DNA of 64,000 bases from an uncultured Verrucomicrobiae bacterium (GTDB taxonomy: Bacteria; Verrucomicrobiota; Verrucomicrobiia; Chthoniobacterales; JAATET01): positions 161,340-225,339 of the forward strand of contig CAVRCI010000011.1 of assembly GCA_963719495.1 (NCBI GenBank), read 5' to 3'. How positions within the stretch are numbered: the stretch's first letter is position 1; the number at the start of each line of letters is the position of its first letter. The position numbers were made by a program, and so were the translations under genes. The notes below the pieces were generated by a model. That model saw nothing but the letters and a program-made list of their open reading frames with translations. It had not been told where the DNA came from and did not search any database. Of this stretch, positions 28,905-37,208 are shown piece by piece.

Positions 28905-29127
28905 GATGATGTGTCTTTTTTGAGACCACCTCGGACCTTGACGAAACGTCGGGATTTCCCGACTGTCCCAAACAGCGATACCCATCGTGTCTGAGATTCG
29001 TCCTCCTTCGAGGTGGTTGTTTTTTTGGAGTAGAAGCCGTCCTCGTATCAGCGAAGACGGTTTCTTTTCGGTTGCTGGGTTGACTTGTAAGGTTGACAGT
29101 AGGGTTAGGCAAATCAAAAATATCAAC

Positions 29128-30213
29128 ATGATCCCCGGTGTGAGCGAAATTTTCCCCCAGCGACTTCACCAGGCCCGCGTCATGGCCAAGATGTCCCTGC
29201 GCGAGCTGTCCGCCGCGATGAACGGCTTGGTCTCCTACGCGGCGATCTCGAAGTATGAGAAAGGGGAGATGATGCCGGGTGGCGAGGTCATGGCCGGACT
29301 GTGCACCGCTTTGAAACAGCCCGCCGATTTCTTCTTCCGGGGCTATCGGGTCGAGCTGGACGAAATCAATTTCAGGAAGCGGGTTCGGCTATCGGCCGGA
29401 GAGGAAAATTCGATTCGAGAGCGGGCTCGTGATTTTTTCGAGCGCTACGGGGAGATCGAGCAATTGCTTGGGGCTGAACTCAAATTCGAGCCTTTGGTGG
29501 CCCCGGAGTTCGACGTTTGCGATTTGGAGGGAGCCGAGAGGGCGGCGGAAAGGCTGCGTAAGGAGTGGAATCTCGGCGACGGACCATTGCTGAACGTCCA
29601 TGAGCTGCTGGAGCGTCAGGGGATCAAAGTTCATGAAGCCCAAACCGATGACGAGGCCTTCGACGGATTTTCTGGCCTGGCCGGTGGGAAGCCGGTTGTG
29701 GTGATCGCGCGTTGGTTGAACCAGAACCTGCCGCGTAAGCGCATGACCGAGGTTCACGAGCTGGCGCACATCGTTTTGAGGTTTCCCGCAGGGATGCCGA
29801 AGAAGGAGCAAGAGAAGCTCGTGAGTCGGTTCGCGGGTGCCTTCATGCTTCCCGAGAGCACCTTCCGAAAAGTATTCGGCGGCAACCGGGGGTCGGTCGC
29901 TCTGGGAGAATTGATCTCGATGAAGGCATTCTACGGGGCGTCGATCATGGCGATCATGAAACGCGCTGAGCAGCTAGGGATGATCTCGCCGTCGGTTTAC
30001 GAGCGCTTCTGGATCATCGCGAGCAAGCAGCGCTGGCGGAGCGATGGAGAACCCGGGAATGGAAAATACCTTGGAAACGAGAGCAACGGTCGTTTCCGGC
30101 AGTTGGTGTTCCGCGCTGTCGCCGAAGGGGTGATTAGCTCATCGCGGGGAGCGGGGTTTCTCCAGATCGATCTGGAGTCGTTTCGGAACGATTTTCAGCA
30201 GCTGTTCGCGTGA
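29128..30213 (+). CDS. XRE HTH + ImmA/IrrE (M78) metallopeptidase
   Basis: RLHQARVMAKMSLRELS...AISKYEKG HTH, INFRK, RKRMTEVHELAH (HExxH), FAGAFMLP. Confidence 0.9.
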   Translation: MIPGVSEIFPQRLHQARVMAKMSLRELSAAMNGLVSYAAISKYEKGEMMPGGEVMAGLCTALKQPADFFFRGYRVELDEINFRKRVRLSAGEENSIRERARDFFERYGEIEQLLGAELKFEPLVAPEFDVCDLEGAERAAERLRKEWNLGDGPLLNVHELLERQGIKVHEAQTDDEAFDGFSGLAGGKPVVVIARWLNQNLPRKRMTEVHELAHIVLRFPAGMPKKEQEKLVSRFAGAFMLPESTFRKVFGGNRGSVALGELISMKAFYGASIMAIMKRAEQLGMISPSVYERFWIIASKQRWRSDGEPGNGKYLGNESNGRFRQLVFRAVAEGVISSSRGAGFLQIDLESFRNDFQQLFA

Positions 30214-30222
30214 TCCACTGGA

Positions 30223-30720
30223 ATGAGAGTTGTTGTCGAAGATGCCAACGTCCTCCTCGACCTCGTGCATGGCGAGGTCTTCGCGCTGTGGCTGGGAATG
30301 GACTACGAGCACGTGACGACGCACCTAGTCTGGCAAGAGGTCAGAACGCCCGCGCAACGTGCGAAAATCCAGCCTTTGATCGAGGCCGGTAGCCTCAAGC
30401 TCCAAGATTTCGCCGCACCGGTCTGGGTGGAGATCGTCGAGTTCTCGGAAACCCATCGGGTCAGCATCGCCGACGCGTCCGTCTGGATGGTCGCGCGGTC
30501 CGAGGGAGGAATTTTGCTGTCGGGTGATTTGAAGCTACGTCGCTCCTCCTCATCGACGGGCATTGACGTTCGTGGTGTCCTGTGGGTGTTGGATGAGTTG
30601 ATCGAAGCAGGGAGGATCAACAAAAAGGAAGGGCTGGCTGCGATGGAACGGATGATCGAGCACGGGGCCTTTCTGCCGGTCGACGCGTGCGAAGAACGGC
30701 GAAAACGATGGGCCTCGTAG
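30223..30720 (+). CDS. PIN-domain protein (putative toxin)
   Basis: VVVEDANVLLDL, SIADAS, LLSGDLKLRR, VRGVLWVLDEL. Confidence 0.8.
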   Translation: MRVVVEDANVLLDLVHGEVFALWLGMDYEHVTTHLVWQEVRTPAQRAKIQPLIEAGSLKLQDFAAPVWVEIVEFSETHRVSIADASVWMVARSEGGILLSGDLKLRRSSSSTGIDVRGVLWVLDELIEAGRINKKEGLAAMERMIEHGAFLPVDACEERRKRWAS

Positions 30721-30773
30721 GGTTGTCGCAACCGTTGACGAGAGACCGTCGATCAACAGAACGGGCCTGATGA

Positions 30774-30806
30774 ATCCGCAATAGCGGATATTTCCGCCAT
30801 AGCGGA
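30774..30806. promoter_or_regulatory. Two tandem palindromic boxes TCCGC-NATA-GCGGA (putative XRE operator)
   Basis: TCCGCAATAGCGGA (30775-30788) and TCCGCCATAGCGGA (30793-30806), upstream of the XRE gene. Confidence 0.65.
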
Positions 30807-30830
30807 CGGATGAGAGTCGACTCTCGGCGG

Positions 30831-31064
30831 ATGGCTACTGCACCGCCATCCGAATTGGATCAACAGTTTGCCGCGTTTCTCCAAGGGCTTCTGAAAAAGA
30901 ACGGCTGGAGCTACAACGATCTCGAACGAGCCAGCGGGATCAAGAAAAGCATGCTCCACAATGTCGTGAACCATCAGCGAGGGGCTTCTCTCAGCCTGGT
31001 GTCGCGGGTGTGCAAAAACATGAAGATCGGGCTTCATGAGATCTTCCCAGACGGCCGGGGCTGA
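30831..31064 (+). CDS. Small XRE-family HTH regulator
   Basis: WSYNDLERASGIKKSMLHNVVNHQRGASLSLVSRVC, 77 aa. Confidence 0.8.
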   Translation: MATAPPSELDQQFAAFLQGLLKKNGWSYNDLERASGIKKSMLHNVVNHQRGASLSLVSRVCKNMKIGLHEIFPDGRG

Positions 31065-31087
31065 TGCGGAGACTCCTTGGGGAGGGT

Positions 31088-31831
31088 CTACTTCCGCAAG
31101 CCTTGTGGTTTGAACCGCGCTTTCCCGCATTTGGGGGTGCCGGGTTCGAATTGAGGCGAGTGGTGCCATTCGAGGGAGCCGACGGCGGTGTCAATGATCA
31201 CGTGGTTTGGCGCGGCAGCGTTGAGAACATTCGTCGCTCCGGGATTGAGCAGGCAGGTCTGCCCGGTCGCGCTCGTTCGGAACCACCCGGCCTTTCCCTC
31301 ATACGGCATCTCGTGGAGGTGGCCAGACAGGATGTAGTCAGGTGCACAGATTTCCATAAGCGCTCCCATTTCGTCCTCGTGTTCGTTCGGTGGCACGTGA
31401 GCGAGGGCGATCCACGGGACCAACGGACTGCTTTGTCTGAGGGTCAGCCCGTCGCTCATCGAATCAATTGGCGGGTCCGAATAGGGCACGCACGTGACCA
31501 GACATGAAGAGGCGGGGTCGGTGGGGTCGCCGAAGAAACGAGAGCGTCCGTCGGTGGCAAATTGCGTGTCCCGTGTCATTTTCAAGCCCGCCAGCCACGC
31601 GTCGGCGTCGTGATTGCCGGAACACACCGCAAGCGCGGAACCCGCTCGGTGTAGGAATGAAACGAGCCAGTCTTCGACCCAGGCGATTTGTTCCTCCGCA
31701 GTCGGCTGACCAGACCAGACCGCGAGGAAATCGCCGGACAGGCAGACGAGGTCATAGTTTTCGGCCTGGGTCTGAACCCAGTCGAACCAAGGTCGGTTGA
31801 AATGCAGGTCAGTCGTGTGGAGGATCTTCAC
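31088..31831 (-). CDS. Calcineurin-like metallophosphoesterase
   Basis: GTG at 31831; motifs TDLH, SGDF, SGNHD, HVPP, SGHLH, LNPG. Confidence 0.88.
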   Translation of the reverse strand: MKILHTTDLHFNRPWFDWVQTQAENYDLVCLSGDFLAVWSGQPTAEEQIAWVEDWLVSFLHRAGSALAVCSGNHDADAWLAGLKMTRDTQFATDGRSRFFGDPTDPASSCLVTCVPYSDPPIDSMSDGLTLRQSSPLVPWIALAHVPPNEHEDEMGALMEICAPDYILSGHLHEMPYEGKAGWFRTSATGQTCLLNPGATNVLNAAAPNHVIIDTAVGSLEWHHSPQFEPGTPKCGKARFKPQGLRK

Positions 31832-31852
31832 GAGAAAATTGGGTCGGGAAAG

Positions 31853-31939
31853 TAGGAGCGGCGGGAGTCGAACCCGCATCAGCCGATTATCTATCGCACG
31901 GGGTATAAGCCCGCTGCTCTACCATTGAGCTACGCTCCC
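31853..31939 (-). tRNA. Atypical tRNA-Ile, anticodon TAT (UAU), with a 20-nt variable region
   Basis: GGGAGCG TA GCTC AATGGTA GAGC A GCGGG CT-TAT-AC CCCGT GCGATAGATAATCGGCTGAT GCGGG TTCGACT CCCGC CGCTCCT A; all four stems pair. Confidence 0.88.
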
Positions 31940-32132
31940 TTTGATCAGGAGCGGGGTATTCGAACGAATACGATGGGAGTGGGCTGCACGAGAGAACACG
32001 AACACGAAGGGTCGCAGGTTTCAACTTGGAATCGCACGTCCACTTCCCGCAGAAGTTTAATCAGCCCTTGCTTGCGGAGCGCCACGGTGTCCGCAGTCGC
32101 GCCTACTTGGCATGGTATCCGCGGCGAGATTT

Positions 32133-32534
32133 TTACTCCACCTTGTAGGCCGGGCCAGCCGGATAGAAGAGATACTCGCTGGGGAAGGACTGTCCGCCGA
32201 AGGTGGAGTCCGGACTCAGGTGAAAGAAGATGTAAGATTCGATCCGGTGAGCCGAAAGAAACGCTGGAACGATGGGAACGGTCTGAACCTCGGGATCGGA
32301 CGAAACGTCAGTCAATTCTGCTGGCTCGCTCCACTCGGAGCCCTCCAATCGAGAAACCGTAAACGTCTCACCGGTCTGCTCGATTTTCAGCGTAACGGGA
32401 CCATCGGGAGACTGGGAGTAGTTACCGGAAATGTCGTCGGCGTTTGCGATCACGGCGATCAGAACCGCCGACAGGACAGTGAAGGAGGTCCGAAGCCGCT
32501 TGAGGAAGAAGGTGTAATGCATTGGTGTTTTCAT
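32133..32534 (-). CDS. Hypothetical secreted protein
   Basis: Signal-peptide-like N-terminus (...VLSAVLIAVIANA) and acidic mature part. Confidence 0.55.
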   Translation of the reverse strand: MKTPMHYTFFLKRLRTSFTVLSAVLIAVIANADDISGNYSQSPDGPVTLKIEQTGETFTVSRLEGSEWSEPAELTDVSSDPEVQTVPIVPAFLSAHRIESYIFFHLSPDSTFGGQSFPSEYLFYPAGPAYKVE

Positions 32535-32552
32535 TTCGGTGTGGCGGGAGTT

Positions 32553-33128
32553 CTAGCGATTCGACCCGGCGACTGGAACGCCTGCCTGGCCTCTGTAGTC
32601 GCCGACGAAGGGCTTTCCGATCCGGTATTCGGAAGTGATCGTTCGGTCGAAATCCGGTTGCACGGAGCGAGACAACCCCTCCGCGAGTAGACGCTTGCCG
32701 CGAATTCGGATTCGACCAGAACCCGTGAAATCAAAAGGTCCCTTGGCGGTTGGATAGGCGTTGTCGACGGCGCTTCCCTTGAATTTGAAAGTCAGTGCCG
32801 TTTTGGTCAGTCTGTAACGCCCGGGAATGAAAGGTGACAGTTTGTTGGACAAATCGGACCTCACCAGGCAAGTCCCGTCGGCATAGAGAAATAAAAACGG
32901 CGAGGTGCCATACGGGCGGAATGCATACGCCTTGTTCTTCTTCGAGTATTGGATGGTCGGATACGCTGGGCCGTAGCCCTGAGATCCCTGTAGGAAGCTC
33001 GGATTGCTCTCGTAGTAACCGATTTCAGAGGAGACCAAACTTCTGTAACGGCCAACCAGATCCTCGAGCGTCGGGGGTTGGGCGTTCAGAGAGGAGAGGG
33101 TTGCGAAGAACACGATGTATTTGAGCAT
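32553..33128 (-). CDS. Hypothetical secreted protein
   Basis: ATG at 33128, MLKYIVFFATLSSLNAQ signal peptide. Confidence 0.55.
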   Translation of the reverse strand: MLKYIVFFATLSSLNAQPPTLEDLVGRYRSLVSSEIGYYESNPSFLQGSQGYGPAYPTIQYSKKNKAYAFRPYGTSPFLFLYADGTCLVRSDLSNKLSPFIPGRYRLTKTALTFKFKGSAVDNAYPTAKGPFDFTGSGRIRIRGKRLLAEGLSRSVQPDFDRTITSEYRIGKPFVGDYRGQAGVPVAGSNR

Positions 33129-33219
33129 TGGGCGTTGGGTGGTTGTGGTTGGGTTTTTGCTGCGAGAAATATCCTTTTGAAATCGAAATCGGTTGGAATG
33201 GTCCTTCACTCCCGGTTCG

Positions 33220-34128
33220 TCAGATTCTGACGAGATGTGGAAGCAATTCGGTGGGCTGATTCAGTCCAAACTCCCGGGTCGCGATGAGGAGGTCGGTGCG
33301 TAGGCTCGTGAGGGCGGTCATGCCTCCCATTTTCGTCCAGTTAATCGACTCGGGCGCGAGCGGGAAGTCGATTCTCCGAGCGCAAGCAGAGAAACCGAAG
33401 GCGTCCAGGAGGTATGCGGTCTCGGCGAGGTCGGGGTAGTCGAGATACTGGATCTTGAGGTGGAACCGTCGCTTCAGTTCGGGCGAGAGTCCTTCGATTT
33501 TCGATCTGCGATCCAGCGCGTCATGCGTGGTTGGAGCCACATTGAAGCCGAGTGGCTGCCGGTCCTCATCGAACAGTTGCTGCCAAGTGCCGCTGCCAAC
33601 GATCATCAAGCCGCGCTCTACCGCCCGCTCGAGCAAAATGGCAATTTCCGCAGCGTCACACGCAGCGCTATTGACCTTCCTGATGAATCGCCGGTGCGCC
33701 ACGACAGGTTCCCAGTTGATCTTCTTATCGAGGATCTGAAAGAGGTCGTTTTGACAGGCCTTCGCCCACGACTCGGTTGCGCCCTGAAATTTATCCAACT
33801 CGTCGACGTGGAGAATGAGGCGGTCGCTTTGAAGAAGAAGCATCCCGATCCGACACATCGTTGGCATCGTGTCGCCTGCGCCGATGGGGATCCAAGATCC
33901 GTGCGTAACCTGAGCGTATTTTGCCACGGCGCGTTGGGCAGCCCGTTTGACGCTGAAAGACTTTCCGGTGCCGGTCGGACCCGCGATGAGGATGTTGGTT
34001 TGGGGGTCAATCGGGCCATTCCACGAAGTGGCCGAGAAGTGGGTCTCGGCGAACGCCGTAATCCGGTCGGAGACGCGCTTCTGGCTGGAGGTGAGGATGC
34101 AGGTGGCTGGGTATGTCGTTGAGTCCAT
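33220..34128 (-). CDS. Stand-alone AAA+ ATPase (ClpX/HslU-like motifs)
   Basis: NILIAGPTGTGKS, LILHVDELDK, CQNDLFQILD, LSPELKRRF; start codon uncertain. Confidence 0.75.
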   Translation of the reverse strand: MDSTTYPATCILTSSQKRVSDRITAFAETHFSATSWNGPIDPQTNILIAGPTGTGKSFSVKRAAQRAVAKYAQVTHGSWIPIGAGDTMPTMCRIGMLLLQSDRLILHVDELDKFQGATESWAKACQNDLFQILDKKINWEPVVAHRRFIRKVNSAACDAAEIAILLERAVERGLMIVGSGTWQQLFDEDRQPLGFNVAPTTHDALDRRSKIEGLSPELKRRFHLKIQYLDYPDLAETAYLLDAFGFSACARRIDFPLAPESINWTKMGGMTALTSLRTDLLIATREFGLNQPTELLPHLVRI

Positions 34129-34374
34129 ACATTGGTGATACGACCCAACTCGGAGTTTGTTAAATTGGCGACGGGATTGCTCAGATTGGAAGCTATCCGC
34201 CGCAACAGGTGCTTGGACACGTGCTGTTCGGAACGCCGGTGCCGACGCTACAGAGCCTTCGAATGAGGTCGGCAAGGAGGGCTGACGCGAAAGTCGCCTT
34301 CGGCTCGGGCCACGGACGTTGAGAAGACTCATTTCCGAAAATCTGGGATGATCTCCGTGGGTCGTCGGTGGACG

Positions 34375-35436
34375 CTACGGTGTGATTTCGCCGCCAAATC
34401 GACTTTTCGGAACTCTGACGGGAAAAATATGCACGCGGTAAGTGAAGGATTGGACCACTCCGGTTCGATGATCGCCAACTCCTGTAATCGAGACTCGGAC
34501 TCGCTTCTTTTTTCTTCCTGACGTGGCAACGTATTCGGCTTCGTCGATCTTCTCTGAATACGGGTTTGTGCGCAGCTTCCAGCGTGGCTCGAAAACAAGC
34601 GTCGGATCACCGAATCCGGACGGTCGGGCCACAACTCTTGCTCGGACAGTCTTTTTTCCATCGCGCATTCGGACGACCGCGCGGGAAAAATCCGACTCGG
34701 ATTTCGAGAATGACCACCGTCGGTGGACAAGAGTATTCGGGACAAGCCCAGGCGGGGGCCAAGCGACGAACCCATCGCGAGTGGGGATCTCTGGCGGTAG
34801 CCCATATTCGTCCGTCTCGGGATCCGGGTCGTCTCTCTCAGGATGAACCCAAAGCGCGTTGGCCGCATTACCGTTGCGAAAGTCGTAAGCGTTGCCAGAT
34901 CCCATCTCGGTCGACTCCGGGTATAAAATCCATGTTCGGTGGCCGACGTCGGTGTTGTTGTCGCCCGGATCTTCAATGTATCCCGCAATACTCCGAGCTC
35001 CGGTGTAGCCCAGGTGAAGGTTTGAATGACCTGCTGCCTCGAAACCATCGGCTGACCAAAACCGCCAGTTACTCGGCGGCTGGTGGTCGAGATCATTGGC
35101 GGCAGTCATGATCAACGCAGCTGCAGCGGCCTTCTGGCTCCAATCTTCACGAAAAACGACCGGGTTGATTCCAGCCATGGCCCTGTAAAAGTTGATGGCG
35201 TTCAAGGTGGCCGTCTGGAACGTCGCTGAAACCGGACCAGGTTGCCCTGTTCTGAAGGAGCCTTGCCATTGCGGCTTGGGCCGCGTCGTTTTAAGCAGAT
35301 TTTTGTAGGCCCGAAGAACGGAACTCTTGCTGTTCACATTGATGGCCTCCTGAGCATCGATCTGCCCGGCAGCGCATAAAACGGAAAGGACTACCGCCAA
35401 GGAGGCTCGTGATGAGACTTTCGACAGGATGCGCAT
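34375..35436 (-). CDS. Secreted CAP (SCP-like) domain protein
   Basis: Signal peptide; LNAINFYRAMAGI, LDHQP, SNL, VGHRTWIL, MGSG. Confidence 0.8.
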   Translation of the reverse strand: MRILSKVSSRASLAVVLSVLCAAGQIDAQEAINVNSKSSVLRAYKNLLKTTRPKPQWQGSFRTGQPGPVSATFQTATLNAINFYRAMAGINPVVFREDWSQKAAAAALIMTAANDLDHQPPSNWRFWSADGFEAAGHSNLHLGYTGARSIAGYIEDPGDNNTDVGHRTWILYPESTEMGSGNAYDFRNGNAANALWVHPERDDPDPETDEYGLPPEIPTRDGFVAWPPPGLVPNTLVHRRWSFSKSESDFSRAVVRMRDGKKTVRARVVARPSGFGDPTLVFEPRWKLRTNPYSEKIDEAEYVATSGRKKKRVRVSITGVGDHRTGVVQSFTYRVHIFPVRVPKSRFGGEITP

Positions 35437-35451
35437 TAGTTGATTCCATCG

Positions 35452-35469
35452 CATCCGCGATAGCGGATG
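35452..35469. promoter_or_regulatory. Third copy of the TCCGC-NATA-GCGGA palindrome
   Basis: CATCCGCGATAGCGGATG, about 16 bp upstream of the CAP gene start. Confidence 0.6.
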
Positions 35470-35506
35470 GCAACTTGAAACGAAATTGCGAGGCCCCCGG
35501 CGGAGA

Positions 35507-36664
35507 TCACTGGCTTGGTTCCGCGAGGTCACCAACTCGCGGAAGGATAGCCCAGAATTTCTCGGCGTCTTCGGTCCGCACAACCTCGCGGTAGTGCTGG
35601 ATGATCACTTGCGGGGAGTTCCCCATCTCAAGCGCGGTTTGGCCTTCCTCTCGAAAGTGGGCGAGGTGGTAGGACCCAAACGTGTGACGGAGAATATCGC
35701 GCTTCCAGGGCTTGAGTTTTGCGATCTCCTGGAGGCGTTCGTGACACTTGCGGGCGAGCGGGGGCACCACCGCCCCCTCTTCCCTGGCGAGCGGTTTGAG
35801 CCAATCGCGCAAGTTCGAAGAAATTTTTACCAGCCGGTTTTGCCGGGAACGCTGTTTTCGCGCCGACACCCTAAGGTGCGGGTTGGGTGTGTCGATCTCC
35901 ACGTGTGACCAGTCCAGCCGGTCGAGTTCGGACGCGCGGATTCCGGCGAAGAGCTGGATCGCCAGCGCGGCGAGATAGGGGCGGCAAATTGGATCATCGA
36001 CGCATACCGCCATGATGTTGCGGCTCTGATCCAACGAGAGGATGGATACCGGGGACTCGATCTCACGGGTGATCTCGATGTGCTCGGTCGGCGTGTCATT
36101 TCTCCACCCACGCTTGACCGAGTAGGCGAAAAACGACGAGAGATGCCTCAAGGCGATGTTCCGGCTGCTCGTTCGGGGCCACGTCGCCAAGACCGTTCGG
36201 AACTGCGCCTCGGTCACCTCGTGAACTGCGATCTTGTCGGGTAGAGTTTCTCGGAGCCGTTTGAGAAAGACCGTGTAGGAACTGATCGTGGCCTTGGCGC
36301 GGCCGCGTTCCTTCCGCGATTCGAGGAACGTCTTGATTCCGTCGGTGAGTGCAACGGTGTCCTCCTTCCGGCGAAAGCTCTTCACCGCCTGATCGACAAC
36401 CCCCGTCAGCGTCAGCCCCGTTCCCTCGAGCCGATGGAATGCATTGAGGGCTTCGGCGGTCTGCGAAACGGTGAGCTGGAAGGCAGCGGTGCCGAGCGCG
36501 GCGCGTTTCGCTTGCTCTTCCTCGAAAACTTGGTCCGCCTTCCTCTTGGTATCGAACTTCTGGCGGGTGACGGGTCCACCAGTGTATCGCTTCCCCATGC
36601 GGAGGACCCAGTAGGCACCATCTTGGTAAACATTGACGCCGGAGGGATATTTTTTCTTCGCCAC
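35507..36664 (-). CDS. int: Tyrosine recombinase / integrase
   Basis: AGIRASEL, LRHTFGSYH, MGNS...HY catalytic motifs; adjacent to the att repeat. Confidence 0.92.
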   Translation of the reverse strand: MAKKKYPSGVNVYQDGAYWVLRMGKRYTGGPVTRQKFDTKRKADQVFEEEQAKRAALGTAAFQLTVSQTAEALNAFHRLEGTGLTLTGVVDQAVKSFRRKEDTVALTDGIKTFLESRKERGRAKATISSYTVFLKRLRETLPDKIAVHEVTEAQFRTVLATWPRTSSRNIALRHLSSFFAYSVKRGWRNDTPTEHIEITREIESPVSILSLDQSRNIMAVCVDDPICRPYLAALAIQLFAGIRASELDRLDWSHVEIDTPNPHLRVSARKQRSRQNRLVKISSNLRDWLKPLAREEGAVVPPLARKCHERLQEIAKLKPWKRDILRHTFGSYHLAHFREEGQTALEMGNSPQVIIQHYREVVRTEDAEKFWAILPRVGDLAEPSQ

Positions 36665-36717
36665 AGCCTGAAACTGTCCCGAAACTGCCCCAGAAAGTCA
36701 AATCACTCTGTGGATTT

Positions 36718-36764
36718 GTTGACTCTTAATCAATTGGTTCCCGGTTCGAGCCCGGGGGGGTGCA
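36718..36764 (+). repeat. att site: duplicate of the 3' 47 bp of tRNA-Lys
   Basis: GTTGACTCTTAATCAATTGGTTCCCGGTTCGAGCCCGGGGGGGTGCA, identical to 19204-19250. Confidence 0.95.
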
Positions 36765-37208
36765 ATGCTAAGGCTATCAAATGGAGGGCTTTAGAATCCA
36801 AAGTGTTTTTGGGTAGCTCAAAGTGCGCACTTTCTGCGCTTCTTCCGCGACTCCATCGTGTGAATGCAGCCTCATTTTAGGAGTTCAATCTTTACATGGC
36901 ATGGCTTTTCTGTGGCTTTTTGGACGGCCCGAATTGCGGGTCATCGAGGGTGAATGCGATTCGTTTTAAGCGACACGCATGACGAAGGCATAGCGATCCA
37001 GATTGGAGGCCGGATGGCAAAGACTGTTGTGCTGGCTGGCGAGTCGGGTTCCGAGCAGCGCTTCCCTCGCTTCGGTGGAAGATCGCCGGGTCCGCCCCAT
37101 CCATTACGATGTTGAATGCCAGATCATCCTCGAGGAGCTCGCTGAGGCATCGGTATGCACACGACTGGGAATGACGACGCAGTTTCCCGAATCATATTCG
37201 GACATCCC

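Noticed and set aside
31832..31879. N-terminal extension of the phosphoesterase ORF given in the ORF track
   Set aside because: It runs into the tRNA T-arm; the GTG at 31831 directly before KILHTTDLH is the better start.
36718..36764. Second tRNA-Lys gene
   Set aside because: Lacks the 5' acceptor strand and D arm; it is the att duplicate.
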